A stretch of 62,256 bases of DNA, counting the filler, from Sphacelaria rigidula (lineage: Eukaryota), in NCBI GenBank assembly GCA_964200075.2. It is 10 parts of 10 records of this genome, joined end to end, with 100 filler letters (N's around TTAATTAATTAA, not from the genome) between each part and the next. Parts side by side here need not be neighbours in the genome. Positions count along the whole stretch, not along the records: positions 43,652 to 49,786 come from CAXNAA020022005.1; positions 49,887 to 56,021 come from CAXNAA020022006.1; positions 56,122 to 62,256 come from CAXNAA020022007.1; 7 more parts are not named here. One strand, written 5' to 3'. Every line of letters begins with the position of its first letter. Within the stretch, counting starts at the first letter, position 1. Positions 48,136-61,030 of this stretch are shown here, piece after piece. Under the pieces are notes generated by a model that worked only from the letters and a program-made list of their open reading frames with translations, made no database searches and was not told where the DNA came from. A program made the position numbers and the translations under genes.

Positions 48136-51100
48136 GTGAACGTCCGCGGAAGGATCGTTCGAACAGTATTTTCTCACGCAATTTGTTTGATGGGGGGCGC
48201 AGTTGTGACCCTGAACAACTCTTGTGCAGGCGTACGGGATGTAGATTCCTTGAGCCTTTTTAGAAGCCTCCCATCCCATCAACGGATCAGGCGCCTCACC
48301 GTTTCAAGGACGAACCATTGTTGCATAAGAAAAAGGCAGGAGGAAACATGTGCGTCTGTAAGAGATGCGCATCCGAAGCAAGCATCTTGCTGTGGTCGGT
48401 TCACTGTTGGCAAATAGTAACGCGCGTCGGGTGCAAGCGCCTCCAGTGATATCTGTGTAGGAGTATCTTCAGTTTATGATGTATAAACTCTCAAATTTCA
48501 AATCGTTAGTTTGAGTGACGCCAGTCCCCCCAGTGTGCAGCACGTCATGTCACATGTGTGTACACAGCCCTTCGGTGGGTCACGCCGTGTGCCGTGGCAT
48601 GTAAATTTGCACGAGCCCCTACCGTACTGTGCTGCACTGCGCTACACTGTACTCCACTGTACTGCACTGTACTGTATCGTGTATTTTGTCAGATGACCAT
48701 GTAGGCGACCCCCCCAATCTCTCCGAGCACGCCAAAGCACCCCAAGCACGCTCTACTGCACACTCTGCGGCCCCTCATCACGGGTAATATTGATTCGCAA
48801 TAATCTACATTCTACTCTCCCTCTCCCTTCATTCGAAGCGCCATCGGCCAAGTCAAGAAGCCAATGTTCGGTTTAAGCCGCGCATATCTTTCATTCGTTG
48901 TTCATGAAAATAATCCGCTCGCGCTGTGCATCATTCGGGTGTTTGCACATAAATCCCCTGATTGCTGAAAGGGAGCCTAGGTTTATAAAGATGAACAGTA
49001 ATGCTAAAAAAAATGCACATATCTCCTAAATGGTCAACGCTCATGCGGTTGGTTGCCACGCACATGTATCGTGCAGAGATGGAGCAGCCGACGACGGCAC
49101 ATGCCACAACGGACTAAATTTTGAATGAAAAAACGGTATGCCTCTGTTGACTTTTTTTTTCTTCTATTTTTTGCCCTGTTCACGGCTGCTGCGGCACAGA
49201 TACATAACGGTCACACGCAGCATCAAAGCATCACCCCCTAGCACTGCATGGCGCCCCTTGTAGGTTTGTGCTCATTGATTCTGTACGGTGTGTGAAGTGC
49301 GCGATTGGTGGGCGCTGATAGTGGTGGGTATATTGCCTTCACCACTAGTACAGACAGCTCCGAACACAAAGCAGTCAGTGGTATACTTCCTCATTGCGGG
49401 TAAGGCAGTAGTATCGGATAAAAACCGCAGTGTACTGCTTGTATCAAACCCCCTACATGTTGGACTTTTTTCTTGATAACTCTTCCATGGTATCTAGCAC
49501 GTGTGTTGATATACATATACGCCTATCCCATACACCTCCCACCACAAACCTCTTTTCCAAGTACGTACATTGTTGACGATTTTCATCCATCATCCAGAAG
49601 AAGTTTCATCATTTTTTTTTTCGTTTCTCTTGAAAATATACATGCCCCGATAGTTGCCCAAAGAATGCCCGCAATATTCATGCTTGGACCCACTCGTGAC
49701 TCCGTCAATACTGTACACTCTTTTGTCACGTGAGCAACACCGAGAGGGTGGTTGATCGCAAGTACTACTCCGTATTGGGAGGTCCTNNNNNNNNNNNNNN
49801 NNNNNNNNNNNNNNNNNNNNNNNNNNNNNNTTAATTAATTAANNNNNNNNNNNNNNNNNNNNNNNNNNNNNNNNNNNNNNNNNNNNTAGGGATTGATTCG
49901 TACGATTCGAATCAATCACACTAAAACCAAGTAATTACCAGACGAATCATTGATTTGGCCGACCCTTGATAGATTGCGTACAAGAACCGTTGATGACGGC
50001 AATGGCTATCGATAGATAAATGCCGGAATCTACTGTGGTACGCAATGTCTATCGATAGATATCTTCTGTGGTCTTCTGCCGCACCAACAACGCCGTGTAC
50101 CATGTGTAGAGCACATCATGCTCTTTTGACGTACGGTAGGGAGGCCAGAGGTGAACATGGAGTGAGAATATGACGTCACGATTCTGCAAATTCTGAACGG
50201 TTGTATTGGTTGGTTGATTGATTGATTGTCGCACTTAAACTGACCCCCCAGGGGTCCAGCCGTGGTCTCATGATGGACGTTCCCAAGAAAAACGAAACTG
50301 AAACACGCCCTGAAAAAAAGAAGGATCAGAACAAAACAGAAAGTCGAATAGAACGACATAGGAGACTAAGGCGTAACAAGAAAAAAGTCAACACAAGCAA
50401 AAGTACAGAAAGGAATGGCTGACCTAAAACCAAAAAAAAAGGGATAAGAAGAGGAAAATAAACAGCAAATGAAATAAAATACAATGAAAGGAAAAGGCCC
50501 AAGGGATTCAGGGCAGCAGAGTGGATACAAATACACACCAGTGGGCACCGCAGAGCCACCGTCTAAGGAAATAATCAACAACCGATATGAGCAGACATGA
50601 TTTTCCGATTGGCAGCCCTCGACGCAGCAGCCTCTCGCTTGTGACGGCGGTCTGATTCTCGCTTGTCCGCGCGTCGCCACGTGTCCTCAAACTCTTCCGC
50701 TCCCTTTTCGACTCCAATATGCCACTTGCCCATGTTCTTCGCCGCAGTGACTCAGTCGTATGCATCGTTCACCTCTACACCGTAGACGAACCACTTTCGT
50801 CGGGCTCCTTTGTGCGGGACAGCCCCTAGCGCACGTAGGTTCTCCTTTAGGGTATCCTGCCATTGCTTGGGGGGGCGACCGACCTCCTTGGGTCCTCGTG
50901 TGGAAAGCCGACCGTTCATTACATGCTTGGGAAGGCGTGTATGTTATGGGAATCCACGGTATGTGTGGACAAACGTTCACGAGTTTTGTTGTTCGTGTGG
51001 TGTTGGTATTCAGAGTAATCTCTCTGATGGACAAGAGCGCTTAATGGACATGTGTGCGTGGGCGCGATGTGCTTACACACTGGACAATAGATTGTACTAA

Positions 51101-51612
51101 AACATTGCCGCTACAAAATGCCCCGAACGTTTGACTGTCGATGTTCCTCATCAGCCGCAATCGATTAGCATTGCTGTCTATCGATAGCTATTATAGGCAA
51201 TAGCAGATTCGGAAGGGACAGAATGTATCGCTGCCACGACAATGGGGTGACCAAGTTGTCTAATGATTTTGTATTTGTTACTGTAAGCTCTGAATTACGG
51301 CCACCAATCTCTTTTTACCAATCACGAGAGGATCTGCAATGCGGCCAATACATATTGCGAGTCTCATTAGGATCTAATTTGCGCTCGCCAATGTCTTTTG
51401 CTGGTCACAAAAACTCTGAACCGCGGCCACCATTGCCTATCGCTGGTCACAATAGAATCCGAGTTGTGGCCACCAATATGTACATTGCCGGCCACAGTAG
51501 AACTGAGTGGCCTCGATCACGATTTTTTTCGGTGGATGTTTCCACCTTATTTCACAGAAGCTATTGCCAGCTGTCGCTCGAGGTAGTTGCTTGTTCATGT
51601 GTGAGGGATACT

Positions 51613-52024
51613 AACACGAAATTTTACAAATTGGGAATGAAAACCCGGAGGATTAAAATCTTCGTATCCGCTCCAAATCTTCCAAGTATGCTTCCATTTT
51701 TTCACTTTTTTGGTAGCTATTGACAACTACTACACGCCTCCAAGTTTGGATGTCGATAACCGAAATGTCGGGGTCCCAGGTGAACAATCACTTCGGGGGG
51801 GTTGGGGTGTCCGATCGGACGCTAAAATTGGTTTTACACCTAGGACCCCGACATTTCGGTTATCGAAATCCACATTTGTATCGCGTGTAGTAGTTGTCAA
51901 TAGCTGCCAGCAAGTGAAAAAATGCAAGCATACTTGGAAGATTTGGTGTGGATACGATGATTTTAACCCTCCGGGTTTTCATCCACAAGAAAAGATCCAT
52001 CCCCAATTTGTGAAATCACGTGTT
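51613..52024. mobile_element. Foldback MITE, second copy of the 33743-34182 family
   Basis: AACACGAAATTTTACAAATTGGG pairs with CCCCAATTTGTGAAATCACGTGTT. Confidence 0.8.
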
Positions 52025-52124
52025 CATTGCTGTTGATGGTGGAAGACCACTGCAGTTACAAGTATGTTCGTCAAAACCTATCGTTGGCGTCACTGGCTAC
52101 AAATGGATGCGCCCTACAACACTC

Positions 52125-52322
52125 CGTTGTTAACGGCGATGACTCGATAGGTACCCCAAAATTCATCGATAGCGGCAAAGGCTATCGATAGATGGCTCAC
52201 CAAATATAAATTGATGACGGCAATGACCATCGATAGACGGCTCACCAAATCCATTGACTATGGCCATGGCTATCGATAAATGCATCTCAAAATCCGTTGC
52301 GGTTTACGATGCTCATCGATGC
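52125..52322. repeat. Degenerate tandem repeat of about 43 bp centred on (T)ATCGATAG
   Basis: About five units resembling ACGGCAATGGCTATCGATAGATGGCTCACCAAATCCATTG. Related units lie at about 49990-50062 and about 51170-51195. Confidence 0.65.
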
Positions 52323-52790
52323 CCAGTGAATTTTAATCTGTTGTCATTGCCATAGACTGTCGATCGACGCTTGCAACATGTATTTTATCTTGCAAACACG
52401 TGTCGATACACTACATGCGTTTAATCATCCATTGTGTTGGACAGTATATATCGATAGGTTTTCCCCCGCGTCCACTGTTGGAGCAGTGAACTGTTGTTGT
52501 GTCTATTGTCCACGGTGATGAAGGCCTATACTTCACCCAGTAAGTTCATTGTTTGCATATTGCATCAATTAAGGAATCACAATAATGTCCATGGTGTGAA
52601 ACATTTCGAAAAGCTTCCGCAGTCGAGGGGTACGTATGGAACTGTAGTATGTACAGTAGTAGTGAATATAATCAAGCTGTTCTCCTTTTATCATCGTAAC
52701 TCTCGTCTGTTTTTCCCTCCATAGTGACACGTTTTTTTTTCAAAAACGTTTCTCCCCCATGCAACCGCGTCTGCTGTGTACCAACGGCAG

Positions 52791-55700
52791 GGACTTCGCT
52801 ACAAGCAGCGCCACAACCATGATTCAACGGAGCATCAACATTATCAACAACAACCATCACAATCTGGTGATGCTACGGAGGACCCCGCATTGTCGATCTC
52901 GGCGCACAACGAGTACGCAGCCGTTTCGTGGACGCCTTGGCCTCACCTGGCAGAGCCGTACCGGACATCCACGCTGAAAGCCCACTCGTCAGTGGGAGAT
53001 CCATCGATCGACAGGTTCACCTGGGTTTTCCCACAAGACGGGAACGAAGTCAAGGAGGGAAGGTAGGATGCTTCGTTAGGGGGGACGCGAGTGCTTTTTA
53101 TATTAGCCGCAGAAAAAACAGAAAAGTAGTGGTATTTTCGAAGCAGTGGATGAAATATGGTGGAAATCAGAAAGGGTGCCCTTTTTTAAGTCGGGGGGAG
53201 TATTATGATAAAAATATATACGTACGAGTATTTACTTTTTCCGAAATATTCGATTTTTTTCCCGAAAACAAATCTTCAAAAACGTTATGATCAGATTTTC
53301 ACAGCCAGGTTGAGCAGCAGCTCACTTCATGACTGACTGCAGATTTCTCCCCGAATCAAGCGTCGAAACGTTTTTCATTTTGGGGGGGGGGGAACAAGTA
53401 CAGGGAAAGTTGCAAGAGAAGTCTGCAAAAGTTTCCCCGTCAAGAAGACCCCATAGACCCGTTTTCCCCCGATGGTACGAACAAAAACGGTCTTACTTTG
53501 AATTCCTTTCGATTATTCCCCGGAGCTTGCAATGTTTTTTTCAAGCACGCTGTCTACACGTACATGGCGTGATGGTTTAAAATTTCACTCATATTATATA
53601 GATAAATTGCAAAAAAAAACCCCAGTAATATACTGTTGGTTTTGAACATTATTTGCTTTTCGTCCAAAACAAATGGCTGATGCACTCTGATCCCAATCCC
53701 AACGCCAACCCGAGACATACCGAGAACCCTCGGACGAGGTGTATGTACTGTAGTATGTGGTGAACCAGGCAAGATGTGCGCTGGCAGAGTTCACACGCGT
53801 CACGTACCGATGAGGTATTCGTTCCCCCATGGAGCACGTTAAGCAGTTCGCTTACGAGTAACACCTCTCCTGTGCCGCTTGTTTTTATTTGTCCATCATG
53901 ATATGCTTTCTGTTCCCTCCCCCCCCGGATTTGGAAAGTTGGGTACTCCCCCCTTCCTCCAGAAAAAAAATAAAGATGAAAACAGCACTGCTGCCTTTTG
54001 GGGTGCTGCAGTTTGCACCACGCGCGACCCCCCGATAATGAACACAATACGACTATCAACTGCACTGCATGTGGATATGTTTTTTGCTGTTCTTTGAGGG
54101 TGGATGTGCGGAAATAGTAATACAGAAATCAGCGTCAGAAGTATGCAGAATTCGTAATTTCCCAGTTTCTCAAAGATTTTCCAAATTTGTTTCGCTTGCC
54201 ACCGCTCATCACAGTGACTTTTGGATGCCAAAAAATGGGCAACAGGAGATATTTCAATCCTCTTGACAAATATCGAAAGAAAAAATACCTGCGATCAATA
54301 TTGAGTGACGTACGGGCTTGACCGATCTTCGGGGGTCCTGCAAAAGTGCAACCCCAGGTTCTAGCTTTTCGGTATTTTCGGTGGACCGACACAATCTCGG
54401 TTATGTAAGTGAAGACTCGAAGAGGACTAATTTTTCGAAATTCCACCTATTCACTGCGCTAAAGCTGGAAAACTATGTTTCGTGGACCATTCACGGTCAT
54501 CAACACTTTCCTGGTAAACAGGGCCTTTACGCCGTATCGCCCCCACGACACCAACTTGGACATCGTGATCTGAGCACGGTCTGCTTATTTTGCCAAAACT
54601 ATCGACACTAGCACTTTCGAGTGCTCCTGGAAAATGCTACGCGAAAAAACCCGAGAAGAGGCCATCCGCAGAAAATGCTAGACTGAGGTCTGTGCAGTAT
54701 AGGAAGGAAACACGATCTCGATCGTTATTGTGAAAAATTGTGTAAATATTCATTTATTTGAATATTTATCGTTTGGATGCGGAAGAGCCGGAGAACTGTT
54801 CTCATTGACCAAAAACGGTCAATAACATCCTCCTGACGAACGGGGCATCTAGTCCATATCGCCCCAAAAACACCAACTTGGGCACTGCAGTTTGAGCGCG
54901 GCCTACGCCTCCCCCTTGAATCTACCGGCGCTAGCACTTTCACGTAGTAATGAAAAATAATACTCGAGAAAAACTCAAAAACTATAACAACTACGAATTT
55001 TGAAAATTCTGATTCTGACTACTATGACAGTAATAATTTGAAGCTGATCAGAATGATGTTGGGGGCGCTTGCGGATCCAGTATCACGTGCCCAAAGCGGA
55101 TTTAGCGTGATACCGTCGGCGTTCCATTTTTTCCCACAGGTGAAAGATGTTTGGAAAATAAACGAAGCAAAACTAAGAGTATCATTTGTTTTTCTCATAT
55201 CCCCACCGTTGATAGCTGGCGTCGTACCAAGATCTGGACTGAGAGATATGGCACCAATTGGTTTTGTTTCATCTTTTTGTTGGGTAATATGCTTTGCTTT
55301 TGTTGACTTTTTTATGTCCACGTCTTACGTAGTCTACGATGTCGTCTTGTTCGACTTTTTTTCTGTCTCTCCTTTTCTTCAGCGAGTGTTTCAGTTTTGC
55401 TTTTCTTATTGGGCACGTCCATCATGCGACCCCTGAGGAGGCAGTTGAAGTGAGACAATGAATGAACCAATCCATCAATATTACTTGTCTGTGTTCTTGC
55501 AATTTTGGGTCAGTTTTTTCTTCTTGTTCTTTTCCCCTCCTTGTCTTCCCCTCTCTCCCTCTCTGCGCTTCCTCGTTTGGTGTCTTGACAGCGAGATCAC
55601 CCACATGTTCAAGACGGTGGGGAGCAAAGAGGTCATTCTCACCCAGACCGTAGCGTCGACGGGACGAAAGTACCACCTCCATGGGCACATCATGGTGAAG
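52791..55700 (+). CDS. PKD-domain protein, two internal exons; probably the stramenopile PKD plus tyrosinase-like family
   Basis: Exon 52791-53062 runs ggcag|...GGAAG|GTAGGA (phase 2). Exon 55592-55700 runs gacag|C...AAG|GTGAGG. They read ISAHNEYAAVSWTPWPHLAEPYRTSTL...RFTWVFPQDGNEVKEGS|EITHMFKTVGSKEVILTQ...HIMVK, fitting the PKD pattern W.F.DG....G....H.(Y/F)...G...V.LT. Confidence 0.7.
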
Positions 55701-56416
55701 GTGAGGGAAATATGCATCGCCATGCTTTTATTTCACCACCCCTTTTTTCCGTCCTCGGAGATGAACTCGTGTAGTCTCGAGGAAAAGATGGAACTCGTTC
55801 AAGAAATGGAATTGAATTCACATCAAAGCAAGAGCAAAAAACGAAGTTTCTCGGACGGTATTTTTGCGGTGTGCTTTTTACCCGGTCTGCCTCGAAATTC
55901 ATTACTCATCGTTGGTATGTCTTTTGTTCAACTCACGCCAATCCTAACCCTTACCGTAACCGTAACCAATGTATACCGAAAACCCTTAGGCAAGGAGGGG
56001 GGGGGGGGTGTACTCGTGATCNNNNNNNNNNNNNNNNNNNNNNNNNNNNNNNNNNNNNNNNNNNNTTAATTAATTAANNNNNNNNNNNNNNNNNNNNNNN
56101 NNNNNNNNNNNNNNNNNNNNNCCAGCGGCGGTGCCGTGCATGACCAGGTTGGTCTGCAGTTCACAGCAATATGCTCGAGTCGAGCTGCTTTGGTAAACTT
56201 GACGAGGTACGGTCGGAGATGCAAGTGCGGGATGTACTGCTGGCCCAGCTCGTAATAATACTAATAATACTAATAATACTTATAAATAACAGTGAGTTTT
56301 TCGCTTCCTCCGTTCATAGTATCGTGTGTGGATAACTCGCGCATACATTTCATTACCCGGCAATCGTACAACATTAGTAGATGAGACCAGAACTATTTCA
56401 CTGTTTCTAGCAATAC

Positions 56417-59400
56417 CTCGCCGTAGTGAAGAACCGCCTCTTCCAAGCGGTAAACCAACGGCTCCTCCCTCACTGCATCGTCGAATGACCTTTTGTACAA
56501 ACACAACGATCGGACAACCAGCATACGTAAGCAGCATATTCTGCAAGGAGATGGATTTTTCGGGAGAAAGTTTTGAACACTAAATTCAAGCATGTTCGCC
56601 TTGAACGTAAGTTGCGGTGGGAGTTTCAATAGTGAAAAACCTACGATAGCTTCATGAGAACGGCGGCTACAAAAAGGGACCTCCCCGCATTCCTTATCGC
56701 TGTTAATTACACAGTTACTGCTATATTTCGCTCTTCGCGACATCGATGCTACCTAAACGAGATACACTAGACACGTTACTATTCAGCAGCTCCACCACAT
56801 CTGGCGGCCACTAGCTCTTGCCGGTACGGGCAGCGTTGCATGTATTCCACATCGTCGTCCGTCAAGTCCGGCACGGCTTTGCGCAAAGCGGCAACTCTTT
56901 CAGGCTTCAGCTGTGCCTGATTCAAGAACAACTGTTTGGTTGCAAAAATATGGCGCGGATGGAAGTACACGAGGGGCGTTGCACGTGTAAAACACGCCGT
57001 AGAAGAGACAGACGAGGGGTGCACGAGGGCGACGTCAGCACTTTGTATCTTTGCCTGATTTCCGGTGATAAAAAGGCGTACGTTGCTCGACACAACTTGA
57101 GACAATAATACGTAGTGACGCGATCATTTTGAAACGCCTTAACGCGGGACAATGCCACGGTTCTCGATCGAGCTGCAATGGATGCAATTGGTCCGCTTCG
57201 CGAAGAAATGGTTCAATGTAAAGCTGATCGTTTTGAACAGCGAGCCTCTTCGGGGGTTTTGTACTTGGAGAGTATTTGTACGTACGAATAGCATGCATGA
57301 GCCATGTCAGCGGTCGAGGCGATGACCGATACATGCCATCTTGAGTACAGCTTCGCTGCATACTATCGCGCAGCGCGTCGGCAGTCACATCGTTCTCGAT
57401 CAAGCATGTTGGTTTAGCATGACACGCAATGCCGAAACACGCACTTTCAACACACATCACATGCAACATCGTGTTTTTCCGGAAAAATGACCGTGCCGCG
57501 TGGCAAATGAAGCGGGATGCTCACCTGTGCGACATAGGCATTGGTAAGACCCATCTCCGAGGCAATCTCGTCGTAGGTTTTGCGACTGGCCCACTGCACA
57601 GATCAGCAGTTGCACACAAGGACACAGTATGCACGAAGGTTACTCGCAAGTGATTTTCCACAACCACCAGCTGTCCGAAGGTTATATTGCACAAGGGTGA
57701 CGCAGATACATTGAGATACAACACCAGTACAACCAGTTCGACCGACACGACGGAGCGGAGTCGCGAGCACTCTGCAAAACGGGTAGACGGCACGAACAAC
57801 TTTACTGGCACCCTGAAAGACTTGACATTTGTGATGGCCACTGCACACTATACACTATATTCATATTATTATTGGCCCCATAGCGGGAAATGACGGCACC
57901 CTGCCCCCCCCCCCCGGTCGCCAAAACCTCATTCTGGGGCACTGTACTCTCTGTAATGTCTGCACCGCCTGTATTGAATACAACTAAACAAGTACCGCTT
58001 CACCTAGATTTCATTTGGGAACTGCCACTACCTCAATGTTGGATACTCCCATTGGCAACAGCGCGTCCTAAACATTTCCCTTTGCAACCTCTCCCTGCTT
58101 TGTGTCGCAGTTCAGTGAGATGGCGACATGTAGATATACGCATTGTATGAACACGGCTGTCCGCCCAGCGCGGGCAAAGTAGGTGATCATGTGTAACTCA
58201 TACACTGTACATCTCTATTATATTAGAACATTTTCATGCCGGCTGGTAACACCGCGTAGTCAAGTTACAGCATGTACATTTCAGTCATTCAGTAGTAGCA
58301 CAGAACTACTCGTCGTACACCGTCTTTCCGAGCATAGCGGCCACAGCACTACGGCAGTGCCAGGTCGGTAACCAGCGGTCGTGCCAAAGCCAAGGCGACT
58401 TAATACCCATTATCCAGTGATCACCGCGATTCCAAAGTCATTACCCAGCCAGCAATTTTGCACCCCGATGTGGCCACAAGAACAACTGACACACCAAAAC
58501 TCCTTGGTTTTGGGCTGCTCACGTCGAGGCGAACTCTGGGTGATCGAAATAATCGCTGTACTCCGTATACTGTTGAAAAAATAAGGCGAACAAGGTTTTT
58601 GCCAATTTCGTTTGGTCATTTCCTCATTCTCGACCGCTTGGGGAGGGGGGAGGGGTGGTGCCGTCATTTCCCGATATGGGGCCCCTTGTAGTATGTGTGC
58701 GTATGTACAACATTACAAATCTCGGGGGGGAAGTGGATATGCGAAACTGAACATACCGCTGGTGGACCTTGTATTGCACCCAAGTATCACCCCGCTTCAC
58801 AGGGTAAGGGTTATTGAGAGTAGTGGAACGACGGCATCGCCCCCGCCCCCGGGTGGTGTATGGTCCAACGAAGATATTACCGAGAAGCGAGACGATTGCA
58901 CCTGCAAACCATCGCCATTACGAAAGGCTATAATATTCACGAGATGTTTTGCATGGCAGAATAGTCATCGCCTCCAGTCGCGAGAAAACTGAAAATGACA
59001 ACAGCTATCAAGCTATCACCTGCGGGTATAACACCCCGTTATGAAACGTACTGGTTCGTTCATGCCTCAGAAAGGGCGGGGTGAACGTCGCTGAATCGCC
59101 CAAACGCGAAGCAACTCACTGGGAGCCGCTTGTACAACTCAGTACAGCATGTAGTCTTTTGTTGTTTCTGTGTGCTACTGATGATCGTGAACGATTGAGC
59201 AGTCGCAAAAAATGATACCCTTCTAGGCCTTGACTCCTTCTGCGGCACCGAAAAAAAAACATATCACCCTTCTTATGCGCAGAAAAACGGTTGTGAAAAA
59301 GACAGCAGGAAAACCAAAATATGCTGCATATTTTCGGGAAGAACAGCAAATTCTAGTGAGGATAGAGCATAAGTGGCGGAGATTCAGAAGATAAAGCAGA

Positions 59401-60649
59401 TTCTAAAGAGGACAGAGCATAATTAATCAGGGCATGAATGATTTCCCCAGGCAGAAACCTGCAGACAGACCCCCCTCCCCCTTTTTGTGCAATACATTCT
59501 TCTTCGGGGGTTGTCCACCCCCTCCTTTCGCGCATTTTCTTCTTCCTATCCACTACATTCATTTTCGGCATTATCTCCAACCGCTGGGGGTTCATTTCGT
59601 GTGGAAGCCCCAGCGCGCGCGTTCGTCGCTGCGTCGTGGACCCTCGGACCTCGGACCTTCTCGTTCTCTTGTCTGCAGCTGAACAGCAGCAATGTACAGC
59701 AGTTCGCACACACACACATTACAGTACACACTGTTCACATATGGAGGGTTCCAGCACAACAACAAACCTGCTCGTCAGAGTTATTTTTTTCGAGGTACCG
59801 GCGGGGAGTCGTGGAGTTGCTTTCCGAGTATCGATGTGCTCAGTCATCTAGTTCGGACGATCTGTCGCTATCTATTTGTTCTAGTTTTCCAACCCATTCA
59901 TGTGGGAGGAAAGCGTTTGCTCAGTACGCGAAAGGTCATGGCGAATTCCACAGCACGGCGTAACTGATACTCGAGGTATTTACATTTCTCTCCATGGATC
60001 CTGTTGTGGTATTTTCCACAGGTACAAGACGACAGTACAGTAGAAACACAGCACATGTAAAAAATGTCGCCGCGAAATACATGAGAAACATGAGATACAC
60101 AAAAGAAATGTGCGGTACGGCAAGGGTATGGTCTTATGTTTAAGATGAGGGGCCGAAAGAAATTAAGGCTCGACGAAAAACTTGAGGGGCCGGGGAAAAA
60201 AGACAGGGACAGAAAAAGAGGACGGGGGCGCAGTAAAAGCGCAGAAAAACGAAAAAAACGTAGTGAAAAAAGTCCGCAGAAAACGATAACAATAAAAAAA
60301 AAAAAGCAGATGCGGCAAGGCCTTTTCCCTACGCTACCCGTCTTCACCAAGTTGCTGTTCCGAAATTATCACTACAATCAACACGTAACCGGATGAGGTT
60401 ACACCTGGGCTTGGGGTAGGATTATACTCATCCACAGCAGTTGAATAATTCTTGTGATACCTTCGCATGGAGAATACGCTCCACCATCATGGCTTTGTTT
60501 TCCAAGGGCACATGAGGAGATCGCGCCAGAGTAGAGGCCGGACGCGCCGGTGCCGGTATCACACACTGCGGGGATGTTTTAGCGCTCAAGGCGAATGCAG
60601 TCCGCGAGCTTCTATTCCGTAGCTGAGAAGACAGTGCGCGCAGTGCCAT
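56417..60649 (-). CDS. CYN: Cyanate hydratase (cyanase), first four exons; 3' end lies beyond the contig
   Basis: Exons 60649-60461, 57593-57525, 56931-56822 and 56489-56417 read ...NKAMMVERILHAK|WASRKTYDEIASEMGLTNAYVAQ|LFLNQAQLKPERVAALRKAVPDLTDDDVEYMQRCPYR|SFDDAVREEPLVYRLEEAVLHYGE. This is collinear with plant-type cyanase (GLTNVYVAQL...QAQLKP...RSYDP...EPTIYRLNEAVMHFGE). Confidence 0.93.
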
Positions 60650-61030
60650 GATGTAGGAGGTCGTGTACTGTATCTACTGTTCTGCTGACCCGTGTGCACT
60701 GCTGTGTAACCCCCCTGTTGTGCGGTATGTGCATGTCGAGAGTGTCAGGCTGGGAAAATAGATGCGCAGTTTCACTGGCCGACGGTTCCGCCGCTTCCTG
60801 GTCAATCTGATGTTCGTACAGTACCCACGCTACAGTACAGTAACATTAGTCAAGTGCAGAGCATTGTGCTGTCGGCGAAGTATATAGTTACTGCTTCGTG
60901 CTGACATGCGTCCGCAGGAAGAAGAAAATGCTGTGTATACCAGAAGGACGTATATAGCAGTGTGATGATGACGTATTTACGTCACTTCCTGCAAACCGCG
61001 GGGTCGTACGAGCTGGGTCAACTGACAGTA

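Noticed and set aside
52125..52322. CRISPR-like appearance of the spaced palindromic ATCGAT repeats
   Set aside because: Units are degenerate, the spacers resemble each other, there are no cas genes, and the context is eukaryotic.
55592..56489. Apparent convergent pairing of the PKD protein and cyanase
   Set aside because: They are on different contigs separated by an artificial linker.
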